From the NCBI RefSeq assembly GCF_009914755.1, contig NC_060932.1: a DNA stretch of 64,000 nt; one strand, written 5' to 3'. This document shows positions 16,031 through 30,347 of the stretch, in pieces. The DNA is from the human T2T-CHM13v2.0 reference genome, Homo sapiens. Within the stretch, counting starts at the first letter, position 1. Each line of letters opens with the position of its first letter. A model generated the notes under the pieces. The model ran no database searches. It saw nothing but the letters and a program-made list of their open reading frames with translations, and had not been told where the DNA came from. Position numbers and translations under genes: made by a program.

Positions 16031-18068
16031 CAAGAACAATTACTTAAACATTTTTATGTTCCTCATGTAACTAGTTCAAAAACCTCACAGTGGTAAAAAG
16101 ATAATAAAAGAATCGTGAAAGTGTGTTGAAAGGGACTGCTAGATTTTCAAAGTGTCTTAGGCCAGTATTACTACAAAAGAAAAGTGTAACTGGAGTCAGA
16201 AAATATCATTACCTGAATGAGAAAATTTTATCAGCCATTCTTTTAAAAAGATATTCATAAGACATACACATCTGCAAAGTAAAGCATGTAGGTGCTCAAA
16301 TATCTGCTGAATGTATGATATAAAATTTTAAGTTAATATTAGAGTCTAAAAACTTTTCTCAGGCTAACATAATCAAAATTTAGGTTCAAAATTTCGAAAA
16401 CAAAAGTCTTGTGTCTTCTGCCTTTATGAACTTGATTTGCTAAAGTAAATCTGCCATGCATCCTGATCTTGTGTTTGGCAGCAAGAGCCAAAAAAAAAAA
16501 AAAAAAAAAACTCAGGGACAAAAGTACCGCTTCATTGTCTTCCCTGTCGTCCAATAACAAACATATAAAGGATTAGGTACATAAATAATCATATCTTGAT
16601 TACCATAAAAAGTTCAAAATAGACTAAATAAAATTACTTTAAAAATATGAACTATGTCAATATCCACTTTCCATCAACAGAGGTTTCTCAACGTAAGCAT
16701 TATGTGCCTAAAGCATCCCTGACATAAAACTTTATCCAGGTTTTGAACACAATCACAAACATTAAAAGACATGACAGGAATGTTATTGAGAAAATATCTT
16801 CATTAGGGCCATATTCTGTTACAACAAATATAAAAAGCGAACATATTTTCACATTCCTAGCAATGGTCTGCTTATAAATCCAATAATCCAAAAACTAAAA
16901 TCAGCCACCTCCCTCAGTAGTTCCTTGGTTTCTCACAGTTTTATCTGATCAGAAGTGGAAGGACCCTCTTTTTATCGTCTATCACAATGTAATAACATTC
17001 TTGATTAAACACACAATTAAGTCTACTTAAGTCTCTTCCTAAATTGCTAACTGTCCAAACTTATGTATAAATCATACAAGCTTCACCAAAACACAAAAAC
17101 TTAAGAAACTACACAATAAAATAGTTAGCAAATAGGTACACTTTAAATGTTTGCAGCAGACTTGAGAACATTCCCATCTGGCTGAATGTCTCGTAGTAAC
17201 GTGACTCTTTATCAACAGTGAGCACATGAGTCTTCCTTGGCAGCCAAGTCTACACTACTTCAAGGTATGACCACACTTTAAAGAGTCATGATGGAAACGA
17301 CTAGATTACGAAACCATAAACAGTAAACACAGCACATCCACCAGGCGGTGGAAGAAACTATAGAGATATTCCATTCAGAAGCTGCTATTTCTACTGTTGG
17401 TTAATGTATTTTTGTTTCTACCAAGGAAGCTGTGAAATCCGCGTGCACACCCATCCCAAATCTATCCGTGGGGCGGGCGCAGGCTGAGTCATTCCTAGGA
17501 GTAACTTTATACCGATCCTCGCACTCTGGGGTCGGGACAAAGACATCATCTCTCCGTTCCTCCCATTCGGTGAGCTTCGTTCGGCCTCGGCCAAACTCCA
17601 CTCTCCCGTTTCTCGAGTCCAACACAGAATTAAGGGCTGATCCCTGGCAGCGATGAGCACAAGTCAAGATGCGTCTTGGGAGGTTCGGACGTCCCTCGCC
17701 CTCGGCCACTCCGGCAACTAGGCCGGGTACTAAGCGGCAGCGCAGAGGGAGGGATCCCAAGGCTCCGGCCGAGGAAGCCGCAGGCAGCCCCGCAGCACGA
17801 GTCCGACCCACACCTCCGGCAGCCTAGTGGAGCATCGACTCGAACCGCTTTTGTCTCCACAGGGGCTGTCGCGCCGGGAAAGCGGCCAGTGGGCAACACC
17901 TGCCGGGGCGGGAGGCGCCGGGGCCCTCCCGTGCACACACCTGCGCGTGGGCCGGGCTCAGGCCGACCGGAACCCTGGACCATGCGACCCCGGCCCACCG
18001 TGCCAGGGCCCGCCGCGCGACCGCTGTGCCAGATGGGGGAAGGGGACGCGGGCGGCGGCGACACTTAC

Positions 18069-18127
18069 CCGGCAACGCCTCCTCCTTCGCCGGCGGCAGC
18101 AGCAGAGCCAGCGACCCCCGGCACCAT
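18069..18127 (-). other. uORF2 start (MVPGVAGSAAAAGEGGGVA...), open to the exon-1 donor
   Basis: Strong Kozak context GGAAGATGG; 59 nt open to the donor (phase 2). If unspliced it stops at GGG TAA (18065). Confidence 0.6.
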
Positions 18128-18157
18128 CTTCCGCCGCCGCCTAGTCCTCGGCAGCGG

Positions 18158-18172
18158 TTACCAACCGCCCAT
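18158..18172 (-). other. uORF1 (MGGW*) in exon 1
   Basis: Minus strand reads ATG GGC GGT TGG TAA; it is the first ATG in the exon. Confidence 0.6.
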
Positions 18173-19933
18173 TCGGCACCGCTAAGCCGACACAACCGCC
18201 GGCGTCCCGGGCGCCCGCCCGCCGCGGCCCCGAACTCTAGGAGGCAGGGAGGGGTCCGGGCGGACAAGGACGCGAGCAGGCCCCTCGGCTCTGGGTCTGG
18301 GGCCGGGGGACAGAAGGCCGCGGCCTGTCAGAGCCGAGGGGCCCAGGCGACTGGGGGATTCTGAGGCAACGCCGAGGGCTCGGCAGGGCCGCGGACACCG
18401 CCGCGGCTTGGTTTGTTATTGTCGACTCCGTCTCTTCCTCCGCGGCGCATGCCGGGAAACGGCCTGCCGGGGGAGGGGCGCGCCTGGAGGCGCAGAGAGG
18501 CGTCTACGCAGGTCCGGAAGTCGGCAGCCTGCCGGGAAGGGGGCGGCCCCGCCTCCGGCTCTCCGGCCGGCAGGTTGGCTGTCCTGGCCTGACCCTGGGA
18601 GACTCCGCTGGGGCCGCCTGTTATGGTGCTAGCTGCCGTCCCGGTGCGTACTTTCCCAAGGTGAATTTGACCTTCTTTGCGACAGCTAGGCCCTGACTAA
18701 GGTCGACCCACCAAACACTGGATCGTCCCCAGGCGAAAGAGAGCTTGTTCCCCTCAGCCTGTCGCGGAGGAGCGGAGCCAATCGAGGGTCTGGTGTCCCC
18801 GTCGCCTCTCCAGGGGCAACCTGCGGACTAGGCCAAGGTCTGTAACAGGATAACGTACCAGCGCCTGGCCCAGGCGTTCCTGCCGCCACCTCCCCGCATA
18901 TCCGGACCGCCGGGACTGCACGCAGCTGGCAAGCGTCCCCCTGTTAACTCTGCAAGGGTGGGGCGGCACCATTTCTCAGACCAGGTAAGGCAAGAAAACA
19001 TGCAAGAGAGAAGAGAGGGAAGCCTAGGCCAATCGGAATGAAAATGTAAACGCCACAACCACGTTTTCAGCTTTACAAATACTGAATCTTGTAGTGGGTC
19101 TAGTGGGTTAGGGGTTAGCATGAGCACCCTAATGGTTGGGAGACAGTTTCAGGGGACTCTTGCATTTGTGAAGATGATCAGTCACAGGCAATGACTTGAA
19201 GCCACGAGGCTTGAATATTAAAATCTGATGAGCAGATGTTACACGTAGAATAATTACATAATAGTTCTCAAATTCCTGTTATATCCAGGAATATCTGGTA
19301 TGAGTGAAAACTTGGAGGTGCCTTCTCTAAAGTCATCAGGAATTCTGAGTTGTGTTTGTAAAAATAGGAGGCACAAGAGGGCACCAAACTGAACAAAATG
19401 TTAGGTGGAAACTGAAAAACGTTGGTTAGCATGAACAATTTCAGTTTTCAGTCACACTGACCAGTATCTGTAAGTTAGGATTGAGATGGGCTTGTTTTAT
19501 TTATTTACTTTTAAATTTGTGCTGCTACATATCCCAAACAAATGTGGTCTTTATCATCACTGGCAAGCCATTTTACTTATTGGTTAAGCTGGAATTTTAT
19601 TACACCACCCCAGCAAGATAGAGGAGAAAAGCGAAAATTAAGTAGTAAATGGTTATTATGCCTTAAGGGAAGGTGTGAACTGGCAAGACAAAAGAGCCAA
19701 ATTTAGTAGTAAAGCATAGTCATCAGCACACAGAAAATAAGTGGTGAGGAGGAGTTTGGCCAGAAAATTGGCTAAGAAAAATGGCAGTATGACCAAGAAT
19801 GAAAAGAAAAAGAAAGAAAAGAAAAACTGCAGTATGAGGCCTGTAAAGAACGTATTGGTACTTGCACTTCCTCTTATTAGTGACATTCATTATTACAAAT
19901 ATAACCCAATTTAGAATGTAAAAATCTTGCTGG

Positions 19934-20232
19934 AGCTCGGTGCAGTGGCTCACACCTGGAATCCCAGCACTTATGGGAGGCCGAGGCAGGAGGATTGCTT
20001 GAGCCCAGGAGTTGGAGACCAGCCTGGGCAACGTAGTGAAACCCCTTCTCTACAAAAAATACAAAAATTAGCTGGGCGTGGTGATGCACACCTGTGGTCC
20101 CAGTTACTCAGAAGGCTGAGGTGGGAGAATCAGTTGAGCCCAGGAGGTCGAGGCTGCAGTGAACCATCATGGCACCACTGCACTCCTAGCCTGGACAACA
20201 GATTGTTGCCCTGTCTGAAAAATAAAAAAAAA
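19934..20232 (+). mobile_element. Alu (AluJ-like)
   Basis: Full dimer. Confidence 0.95.
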
Positions 20233-21216
20233 TTTCTGAACTATGCCAGTGATAATCTGGTAAATTATAAATGTTGTCTGACTTTTTTCTTTGGAAAATG
20301 AATTAATTCAGTCCTAACCTTCTCTCTTAATCACAGGTTGCAATAAATTACCAGAAACGACTGGTTCATACCTTATACACCTCCAGTGTAAATGTTAAGA
20401 GTTTGTATATTCTTAACAGACTCTTAACAAACATCAGTAATTCTTTCCTAGGGATAAGTGAAAATGTACTAACATTAATTCTATTATATATATGCAAATA
20501 TCTAGAGGAAATACTGTTTATAAGTTACTAATACATGTATCCATGGTAGTAGGTCTTGAAAAGTTACTTTTGTTGCCTATTGGACACCCTCTATTCTCCC
20601 TTCCTTAATAAAACAAAAAAAAGAACAAACAAAATTCTGTAGCATCACTTCTCAACCAAGCTTTCTGATAGGAAGTCCTCAGTCCAATCTCATTTTTGGC
20701 CTACTGTGCATTTCTTACTTAACTTGCAAACAGATCATTAACAAGGACCTCCAAATTACAGTAAATTACAGTACTAAGATTTTACTTGAACTTTCTAAAG
20801 CATTCGCCATTTTAAATTATTTAACTTTTATACTCCTCCTTCCCTTTTGTGCTGTTTCCTTCCTGGCGCTCCTAAATATCTGTCCATTCTTTGGACCTCT
20901 TCCAAATTTTCAGATAATTATAATAGTGTGCGAATGATGCAAAGGTAATGTGCCGTGGGAGAGAACAGAAGAGAGAAACCTAATTCTGGCCTCATCACAT
21001 TATTGTTTTTTTAAATTTAATAACTATTTTAGATGCTTCAGTAGATTTACAGTGAGGGCAAAAGAAAACAGTTTTCTTTAGGAGTATGGAGGGATTATAT
21101 AGGATGTACAATAAATACCCTAAGTACTTCAAATCAGTTCAGATCTTTAAAATCCTATTTTTCCTTCAGTTCTCAACTTCAATATCACCTACTCTGGGAG
21201 TCATTCCCTACCATGC

Positions 21217-21533
21217 TTGTTTGTTTGTTTGTTTGTTTGTTTGTTTGTTTTGAGACAGAGTCTCACTCTGTTGCCCAAGCTGGAGTGCAGTGACACCATC
21301 TCTGCTCACCGCAGCCTCTACCTCCCAGGTTCAAACGATTCTCTTGTCTCAGCCTCCCTAGTAACTGGGATTACAGGCACTTGCCACCACTCCCGGCTAC
21401 TTTTCATACTTTTATTAGATGGGGTTTCACCGTGTTGGCCAGGCTGGTCTCGAACTCCTGATCTCAAGTGATCCACCCGCTTCAGCCTCCCCCACAGTGC
21501 TGGGATTACAGGAGTGAGCCACAGCACCTGGCC
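21217..21533 (-). mobile_element. Alu (AluS) with (TTTG)n tail
   Basis: TSD CATGCTTGT. Confidence 0.95.
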
Positions 21534-21662
21534 ACATGCTTGTAATTTCTTTAGATTCTCACATTGTATCTTTCAGTGTCATCTAACATGCTGACTATAA
21601 GCTCCTTTTTAAAAGATGTACTGTACCTGGTATATAATGGTATGCACTCAACAAACATTTGA

Positions 21663-22111
<449 letters not shown>

Positions 22112-22618
22112 CTGGGCATGGGTAAACTTCTTAACCTAGCATGAAAGTCTCTCCATGATAAGGTATCAACCCATCTCTCCAGTGTATCTCCCAGCACTTT
22201 TCTCCCCTTTATATGTGCTCTATATGAGTTTCCTCATCCAGGAATGTTCTTCCCCACTTGTTCACCTTTAAAGTCATCCCTTAAAACACAGCTTGGATGT
22301 TAGCAGCTTCTAACTTCTAGAGTTTCCACTCTTCTATTAAGCTTTGCTCTGTATCTCACAACTGTAAATTTTTCTCTCCCCTCTTAGTCTGTGAAACTCT
22401 TAAGATTAAGAACTATGCATTATTAATTTTTAAATTCCTGGAACTTTATGGAGAGCTTGGCAGTCAGCAATTAATACAAGATTTGCTGTATGTAATACAT
22501 TCTGCAAATTTTTATATTTATATTGATGGTTGACTAGAAAGTTACTGTGGAAAATTCCTGCCATCAAATATCTCATAGGCTTGTAAAGGGGACCATTCAA
22601 AACAATTGCAGTAACAAA

Positions 22619-23220
<602 letters not shown>

Positions 23221-24262
23221 TAATTGCAGTAACAAATTTATATGATATTAATTCTTTACCAAAGTACATTCAGTTTATTGGGAAGATCATGGTAAACATC
23301 TTAATTTTGTCAACTCTGCCTGAGGCATTCAGCACATGTATTAAATATTTCTCAAACAACTTAGTGTCATTACCCTAATTTTCTTTTAGGCAATGTTCAA
23401 ACAACCAGCAACCACAATTCACATAATTTGGCTTTATTCAAAGTATGAGGCACAATTATTGTTCATTTTTAAAAGGGTTAAAAAGATGTACGTTTTGGAC
23501 TTTGTTTTTAAAACCATAACTAATTTGGTGTATATGATTATGTACTATTTAGAGGCTGCTGGCACTATGATGATTAAGTTAATGTTTTCAGTACTGCTTA
23601 TAGACCTGAAAGCTGCCCTTCTCAGCTGGTTTGTGGGTACTCAAACATACTAATAATGATGATGGCTAACTTAGGAATGACCATCTTCAAAGCTAGTGAT
23701 GACTTGATGAGCTCATAAGCAACACTGTTTCCAATGCTGCAGCAACATAGTCAAGAAAACACTTCTAGAATGCTTAATTTCCTGAAAGATTTAAACCAAT
23801 AGATTAAGACAAAACATTTGTAGTCATTTTTCAGATTGAAAGAGATATCTTTTTGCATCATGTTTTATTAGGTTCTTGTCTTTCATTATTTTGAAGAGCT
23901 GCCTAGCAAAGTGTCCAAAAATAGAGCTGGCACTGTTTATAAAATGCCTTAAGGCAGAAGTTAATCAGTCATGTAGACACAGATACAGAACTGATTCAAA
24001 TGTCAAGTGGTAGTTGGACTTCAGGTGGTGACTTTCTAACTTTTACTGTGATCCACATTAAGAAATACAGTTTCACATTGTGACCTGGTATACATACACA
24101 GGAAAAAGTACTTGCTGCTTGTGATATACTCTGATACCTTCTATTGTTTTTTTTTCCTCTTGCTAGTCTTACACATTACATCGATTTTACTATCATCCAA
24201 TGGTTTCAGAGATATTAGATTCAATGACTTAGGCCCCAAACCTTGAGATTCTTTGTTCCTGA

Positions 24263-24633
<371 letters not shown>

Positions 24634-24689
24634 CAATAAATGTATTTTTTAAAAAGCATGACCTAACGGAGCTCATGAAACACTTATGG

Positions 24690-24900
24690 GTGTATCTTAG
24701 ATGCCAGACATGGGTTTTAAATTTATCAACCTGTTTAGTTGTCTTAGCAGCCCTATGCAGTTTCTGTAAATTTTCTTTGATTTTACAGATGGGGCAATAA
24801 GGCATGGAGTGGTTAAGTTGCTAATTCAATGTACTTCCTTCTAGTTAGTGTTCTTAAATTAGTAACTGTCAAGGCCAGGATTTGAACCCAGGTAATCCAA
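24690..24900. mobile_element. Two MIR fragments in opposite orientation
   Basis: ATGCCAGACATGGGTTTTAAAT (plus) followed by ATTTTACAGATGGGG...CCAGGATTTGAACCCAGG (minus). Confidence 0.55.
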
Positions 24901-24986
24901 TTGTACGGGCTATATCCTATATATCCTATGCATAGCCTATGCTCCCCCTTAATTTGGTGCTGGTCCTGCAGGGGTTAAAAAAAATT

Positions 24987-25312
<326 letters not shown>

Positions 25313-25324
25313 CTAGCAATAGGT

Positions 25325-25515
25325 TACAGAGTTTCTCAATCTCATACCTACCAGTTAATTCTTTGTTATAAGGGGCTGTCCTGTACATTTTAGGATGTTG
25401 AACCTCCTTGGCTTCTGCCCACTAGATGCCAGTAGCACCCCAGTTATGACAATCAAAAATGCCTCTGGACATTTTGTAATGTTCCCAGAGGGACAAAATC
25501 AACCCCTTTCTCAGA
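25325..25515 (+). mobile_element. MER20 (hAT-Charlie) DNA transposon
   Basis: GGGGCTGTCCTGTACATTTTAGGATGTT...CCACTAGATGCCAGTAGCACCC...ACAATCAAAAATG. Confidence 0.8.
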
Positions 25516-25596
25516 ATTCAGGGAAAACGTGGTACATCTATATAATGAAATACTATGCAGCCATTAATATTATATTTTAGAAGAATATTTAAAACA

Positions 25597-26172
25597 GGCC
25601 TGGCATGGTGGCTCACACCTGTAATCTCAGCACTCTGGTAGGCTGAGGTAGGAGAATCACTTGAGGCCAGGAGTTTGAGACCAGCTTGGACAACATAGCG
25701 AAACCCTGTCTCTACAAAAATAAAAGTAAAAATATAGACCAGGCGCGGTGGCTCACGCCTGTAATCCCAGCACTTTGGGAGGCCGAGGCGGGTGGATCAC
25801 GAGGTCAGGAGATCGAGACCATCCTGGCTAACATGGTGAAACCCTGTCTCTACTAAAAGTACAAAAATAAGTTAGCCGGGCGTGCTCGGGAGGCTGAGGC
25901 AGGAGGATGGCGTGAACCTAGGAGGCGGAGCTTGCAGTGAGCCGAGATCGCACCACTGCACTCCAGCCTGGGCGACAGAGAGAATAAAAAAAATAAAAAT
26001 AAAAATAAAATAAAAATATAGCTCTGTGTGGTGGTGCACTCCTCTAGTCTCAGCTACTTGGGAGGCTGAGGTGGGAGGATTGCTCGAGCCAAGGAGTTTA
26101 AAGCTACAGTGAACCATGACCACACCACTGTACTCCATCCTGGGCAACAAAGTGAGACCCTATTCTAAAAAA
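25597..26172 (+). mobile_element. AluJ split at its linker by an AluY-like element (25737-26020)
   Basis: TSD AAAAATATAG; inner element has an internal deletion. Confidence 0.93.
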
Positions 26173-26195
26173 ATTGTAAAAATATGTATATTAAT

Positions 26196-26501
<306 letters not shown>

Positions 26502-27659
26502 TAAAGACAAAGGAAAACAAAGTAGCAAGCTACTCTGTTTTACTATGTTTCGTATTTTAACATCTCTGAAATCTGGGTCCATTTAACAGTGGATGGATAG
26601 TGGTCCTCCAAGCTTGTCAACCAATGCCATCCATTTCCTGTGCTTACTATAAGACATCAAAAACACCAGATTGGAAAAAAATCCAAACTATAATGGTGAG
26701 AGAATTGATGAATAAGATGTGTTGTACAACATTCCCAAAGACAGCTAGGTACCTAGCACCACAGCTTTAGTTCTTTTATGGATTCTGTAAGGAAATGCTT
26801 GTTGCCAGTGCTTTCAGTGCTGCAAAGGATAAATTCTGTGGAAAAACCCAGACAATCTCTGAGTCGGAAGTAATAGTTCAAAAGTGATGAAATTTTAGAA
26901 ATACCTTTACCAATGTAATTTGCTTGTATTTTCATTTTTATGTATGGGCAATATAATAAAAATGTGTCTAATGAAGTCTAAGAAAGCTTTCTAAGTAAGT
27001 ACAAAATTAAATTCTAAGTGATTTTTCCTATGTGTATATTTTTCTTCATTTTCCAGACTACATATTTTTGAAAAATGTACCATTAGTCTTTTGTAACTTA
27101 AAACGAGTTCTGTTGTTTATCATATAAAATGAATGCTTTTTTCCCAATTCTCTGAAGTCCATTTATTTTAATAACACCATTTGTTTTTTTGCCTTCTTCC
27201 TCAAATGATCCCTTTGTTTTAATCAACCCTACCTGCTATCCATTCATGCAAAATACTTTTCCCAATAGTCATTCCTTTTCAGTATGATGTATTAAAAGGA
27301 CCACTGAACTGAATGTCTGGAAACGTGGGTTCCAATTCTACCTCAGCCTTCTGTGTTGTTTCCCTAGTAGTTCACTCTTCCTACTCTCCATCAGATTGTC
27401 TGCACTATTCTTGAATCCCTAATTCCCACCCCTTCCCAGTTCTCTCTTTGGTAAATAATCTCACCTCCTACAACACTGAGGAAATAGAAGCCATGAGAAA
27501 AGAACTTCCTCTTCTGCCCTGAAATCTGCAAACCTATTTGCATCCACAAATTCTCTCCAACAGTCACTATTCTGTCCCTTCTATTTAAGGTAGTCGTGGG
27601 TTTTTGACTCCATCTCATTTTACCATCTCATTCTGTCATTCTGTGGAACCACTTACTAA

Positions 27660-28147
27660 GTACAAAATTTAGTTCATGTGTGACATACCTTACAAAACTT
27701 AAATATCTTTAAAATTGAAATTTATCCGGTTTCATTGTTTATTCATTTAAAATTAAAAATCAAGAAGTAAAACACTCTATCATCAATATGATTTAGTAGA
27801 AACAAATTATATCTTGTAGATGTTATTGAAATTCACTTATTAGTTGCTGGACAATTGTTTACATAAAATGACTTTTTAACAAAGGGTCAAAGTTAAAACT
27901 CCTAGGCAGATCTCAAAACTATCAAGTAGTATAGATTTTTTCTTTTTGGTTTTGTAATATTTGTGTGGCTTTTTTTTTTTAACTTTTAAATTTTGACTGC
28001 CTTGATTAAAGTTTCAGTTAAAAAATTTTGCTGTCAATTTCTTTTCTAACCATTACTATTATTGTTGTTCTATTGTTACTGAAACTATAGAGGAATGGGA
28101 TGTTAAAAAATTATCTACTCTGAGTGTCAAATACACTTCACCACTGG
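27660..28147 (+). mobile_element. Second MER97-like 3' fragment
   Basis: Ends AAAAAATTATCTACTCTGAGTGTCAAATACACTTCACCACTG, similar to 33261-33308. Confidence 0.45.
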
Positions 28148-29056
28148 CAGGGCTCAGGGCTCTTCATTTTTTAATAAGTTCTAGGGGGAATTCTAATACA
28201 AGGAATGGCTTTGAGAAACAAGACTAAATTTTTAAAAATCCTCACAGTCCTGCTCAATCTTCTTTCTGTCAATAGATGTCGCCCCTCCCTTGAAATAAGC
28301 TCCTCAGAAAAATCCTAATCTACACACAAAGCTTTCTATGTGTTTGTATGCTTATTATGGATTAATTTGAACTCATATAATTCTCAGATGTGCCTTAATT
28401 TTTAAAATATGTGTATATAGTTTATACACATACATCATAAGTTGGCTGCATTAAGGAGTTGGAAAATCTGGGACTTCATTTGGATTTGGAAAATCAGTTA
28501 ACATCTATAAATTCAAGTTCCTCATTTTGAAACTGTGTTGGCAATATCTACTTTAGCTACCTCACATTGTTCTATAGGTTAGAATGAAAAATTGCATGTA
28601 AAATATACTGTAGCTCTGACATTTGTACGGTCCCTACAGAAATTTTACATTAGCCAATCAACACTTTTTGAAAAATCTAACTCCAGTGGTTTTTAAAATG
28701 TATGAAGTGCTTGTATTTTAGTACAAACATCTAGTTACATTTAAAACATTTTGTGAAAAGAATTGCCATAAAATATTTTTAAAGTTCACATCTTTCTTAC
28801 CGTTTACATTCATGTTATAGGCTTTTTGTCTCCTCTCCTTTCATTTTTTTCTACTCCCAGAGTTCTGGAAGCTGACCAAAGAGATACTTGTGTGAAATGC
28901 TTGTATTTTCCCTACCATATTTAAGGCTCTCAAGAGCAATTTTATGCTCCTGTTTTAAGATTTTTTTAAAAAAAAATTCAATATCACCAAGAAATGAACT
29001 GAAAATGACAGGTTTTCTGGAAGAAGGTTCAGCTAGGCTTTATTAAGAAGTTAGGA

Positions 29057-29358
29057 GGCCAGGTGTGGTGGCTCACGCCTGTAATCCAAGTACTCTGGGA
29101 GGCCAAGACGGGTGGATCACAAAGTCAGGAGATCAAGACCCTCCTGGCCAACATGGTGAAACCCCATCTCTACTAAAAATACAAAAATTAGTTGGGCGTG
29201 GTGGTGCATGCCTGTAATCTCAGCTACTTGGGAGGCTGAGGCAGAATTGCTTGAACCAGGGAATCGGATGTTGCAGTGAGCCAAGATTGTGCCACTGTGC
29301 TCCAGCCTGGGTGACAGAGCGAGACTCCGTCTCAAAAAAAAAAAAAAAAAAAAAAAAA
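29057..29358 (+). mobile_element. Alu (AluSc-like)
   Basis: Full dimer. Confidence 0.95.
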
Positions 29359-29485
29359 GTTATGTCCTCAACACAGTGGGTAGTACAGATTCAAAATAAG
29401 TAAAAATGTTAAAGTCCACATTAAGTGACTTTAAAAAATTATCTTTTTCCTATTTCATATAACTGCTTCAGAAGTATTGTTTTTA

Positions 29486-29881
<396 letters not shown>

Positions 29882-30030
29882 CTACAAAGTCACAGTAATC
29901 AAGATAGTGTAGTACTGGCATAAGATCAGACAGATCGAATAGAATTGAAAGTCCAGAAATGAACTAAGTTTAAAGTCAATTGATTTTTCTCCTGAATCAA
30001 GGACTAGCAAAAAATAATAATAATAAAATA

Positions 30031-30146
30031 GGCCAGGCTCTGTAGCACAGGCCTGTAATCCTAGCACTCTGGGAGGCTGAGGCAGGAGGATCGCTTGAGG
30101 CCAGGAGTTCAACACCAGCCTGGGCAACATAGTGATACTGTCTCTA

Positions 30147-30185
<39 letters not shown>

Positions 30186-30347
30186 AAAAATTAGCCAAGC
30201 ATGGTGGTGTGAGCCTGCAGCCCAGCCACTTGGGAGTCTGTGGTGGGAGGATTGCTTGAGCTCAGGAGGTGGAGGCTACAGTGAGCCATGATCATGCCAC
30301 TGCACACCAGCCTGGTCGACAGAGCAAGACACTCAAAAAACAGAAAA
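30031..30347 (+). mobile_element. Alu (AluJ-like) with expanded middle A tract
   Basis: About 35 A at 30149-30183. Confidence 0.93.

Larger units (their letters stand above)
18069..18429 (-). other. RB1CC1: Non-coding (5' UTR) exon 1 of a minus-strand gene, most likely RB1CC1/FIP200; TSS approximate
   Basis: Lies in the CpG island and ends at a consensus donor GCCGG|GTAAGTGT (18069/18068). The minus-strand sequence GTCGACAATAACAAACCAAGCCGCGGCGGTGTCC...GGAAGATGGTGCCGGGGGTCGC...GGCGTTGCCGG matches my recollection of the RB1CC1 mRNA leader (recall, not a database hit). Confidence 0.8.
17430..19050. promoter_or_regulatory. CpG island / TATA-less promoter
   Basis: Sharp rise in GC and CpG density against an AT-rich background. 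NRF1-like GCGCATGC 18445-18452, E2F-like GCCGGGAAA 18451-18459, GC boxes 18471-18480 and 18540-18553, ETS CCGGAAGT 18514-18521, CCAAT 18778-18782 and 19029-19033, YY1-like AAGATGG 18124-18130 (minus). Confidence 0.92.

Noticed and set aside
15477-16070. 197-aa ORF
   Set aside because: Non-ATG start; spans L2-like sequence and an Alu fragment; no domain recognised.
18069-18127. MVPGVAGS... as the gene's main start codon
   Set aside because: Not a protein N-terminus I recognise; as recalled, RB1CC1 begins MKLYVFLVN in a downstream exon outside the window. Treated as a uORF.
17401-18364. Overlapping 105-169 aa ORFs in the CpG island
   Set aside because: GC-rich DNA is depleted of stop codons; the translations are low-complexity Pro/Arg/Gly/Ala on both strands with no recognisable domain.
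23654-23790. Possible C/D-box snoRNA (ATGATGA ... CTGA)
   Set aside because: No terminal stem, no recognised family or rRNA guide, and the site is intergenic.
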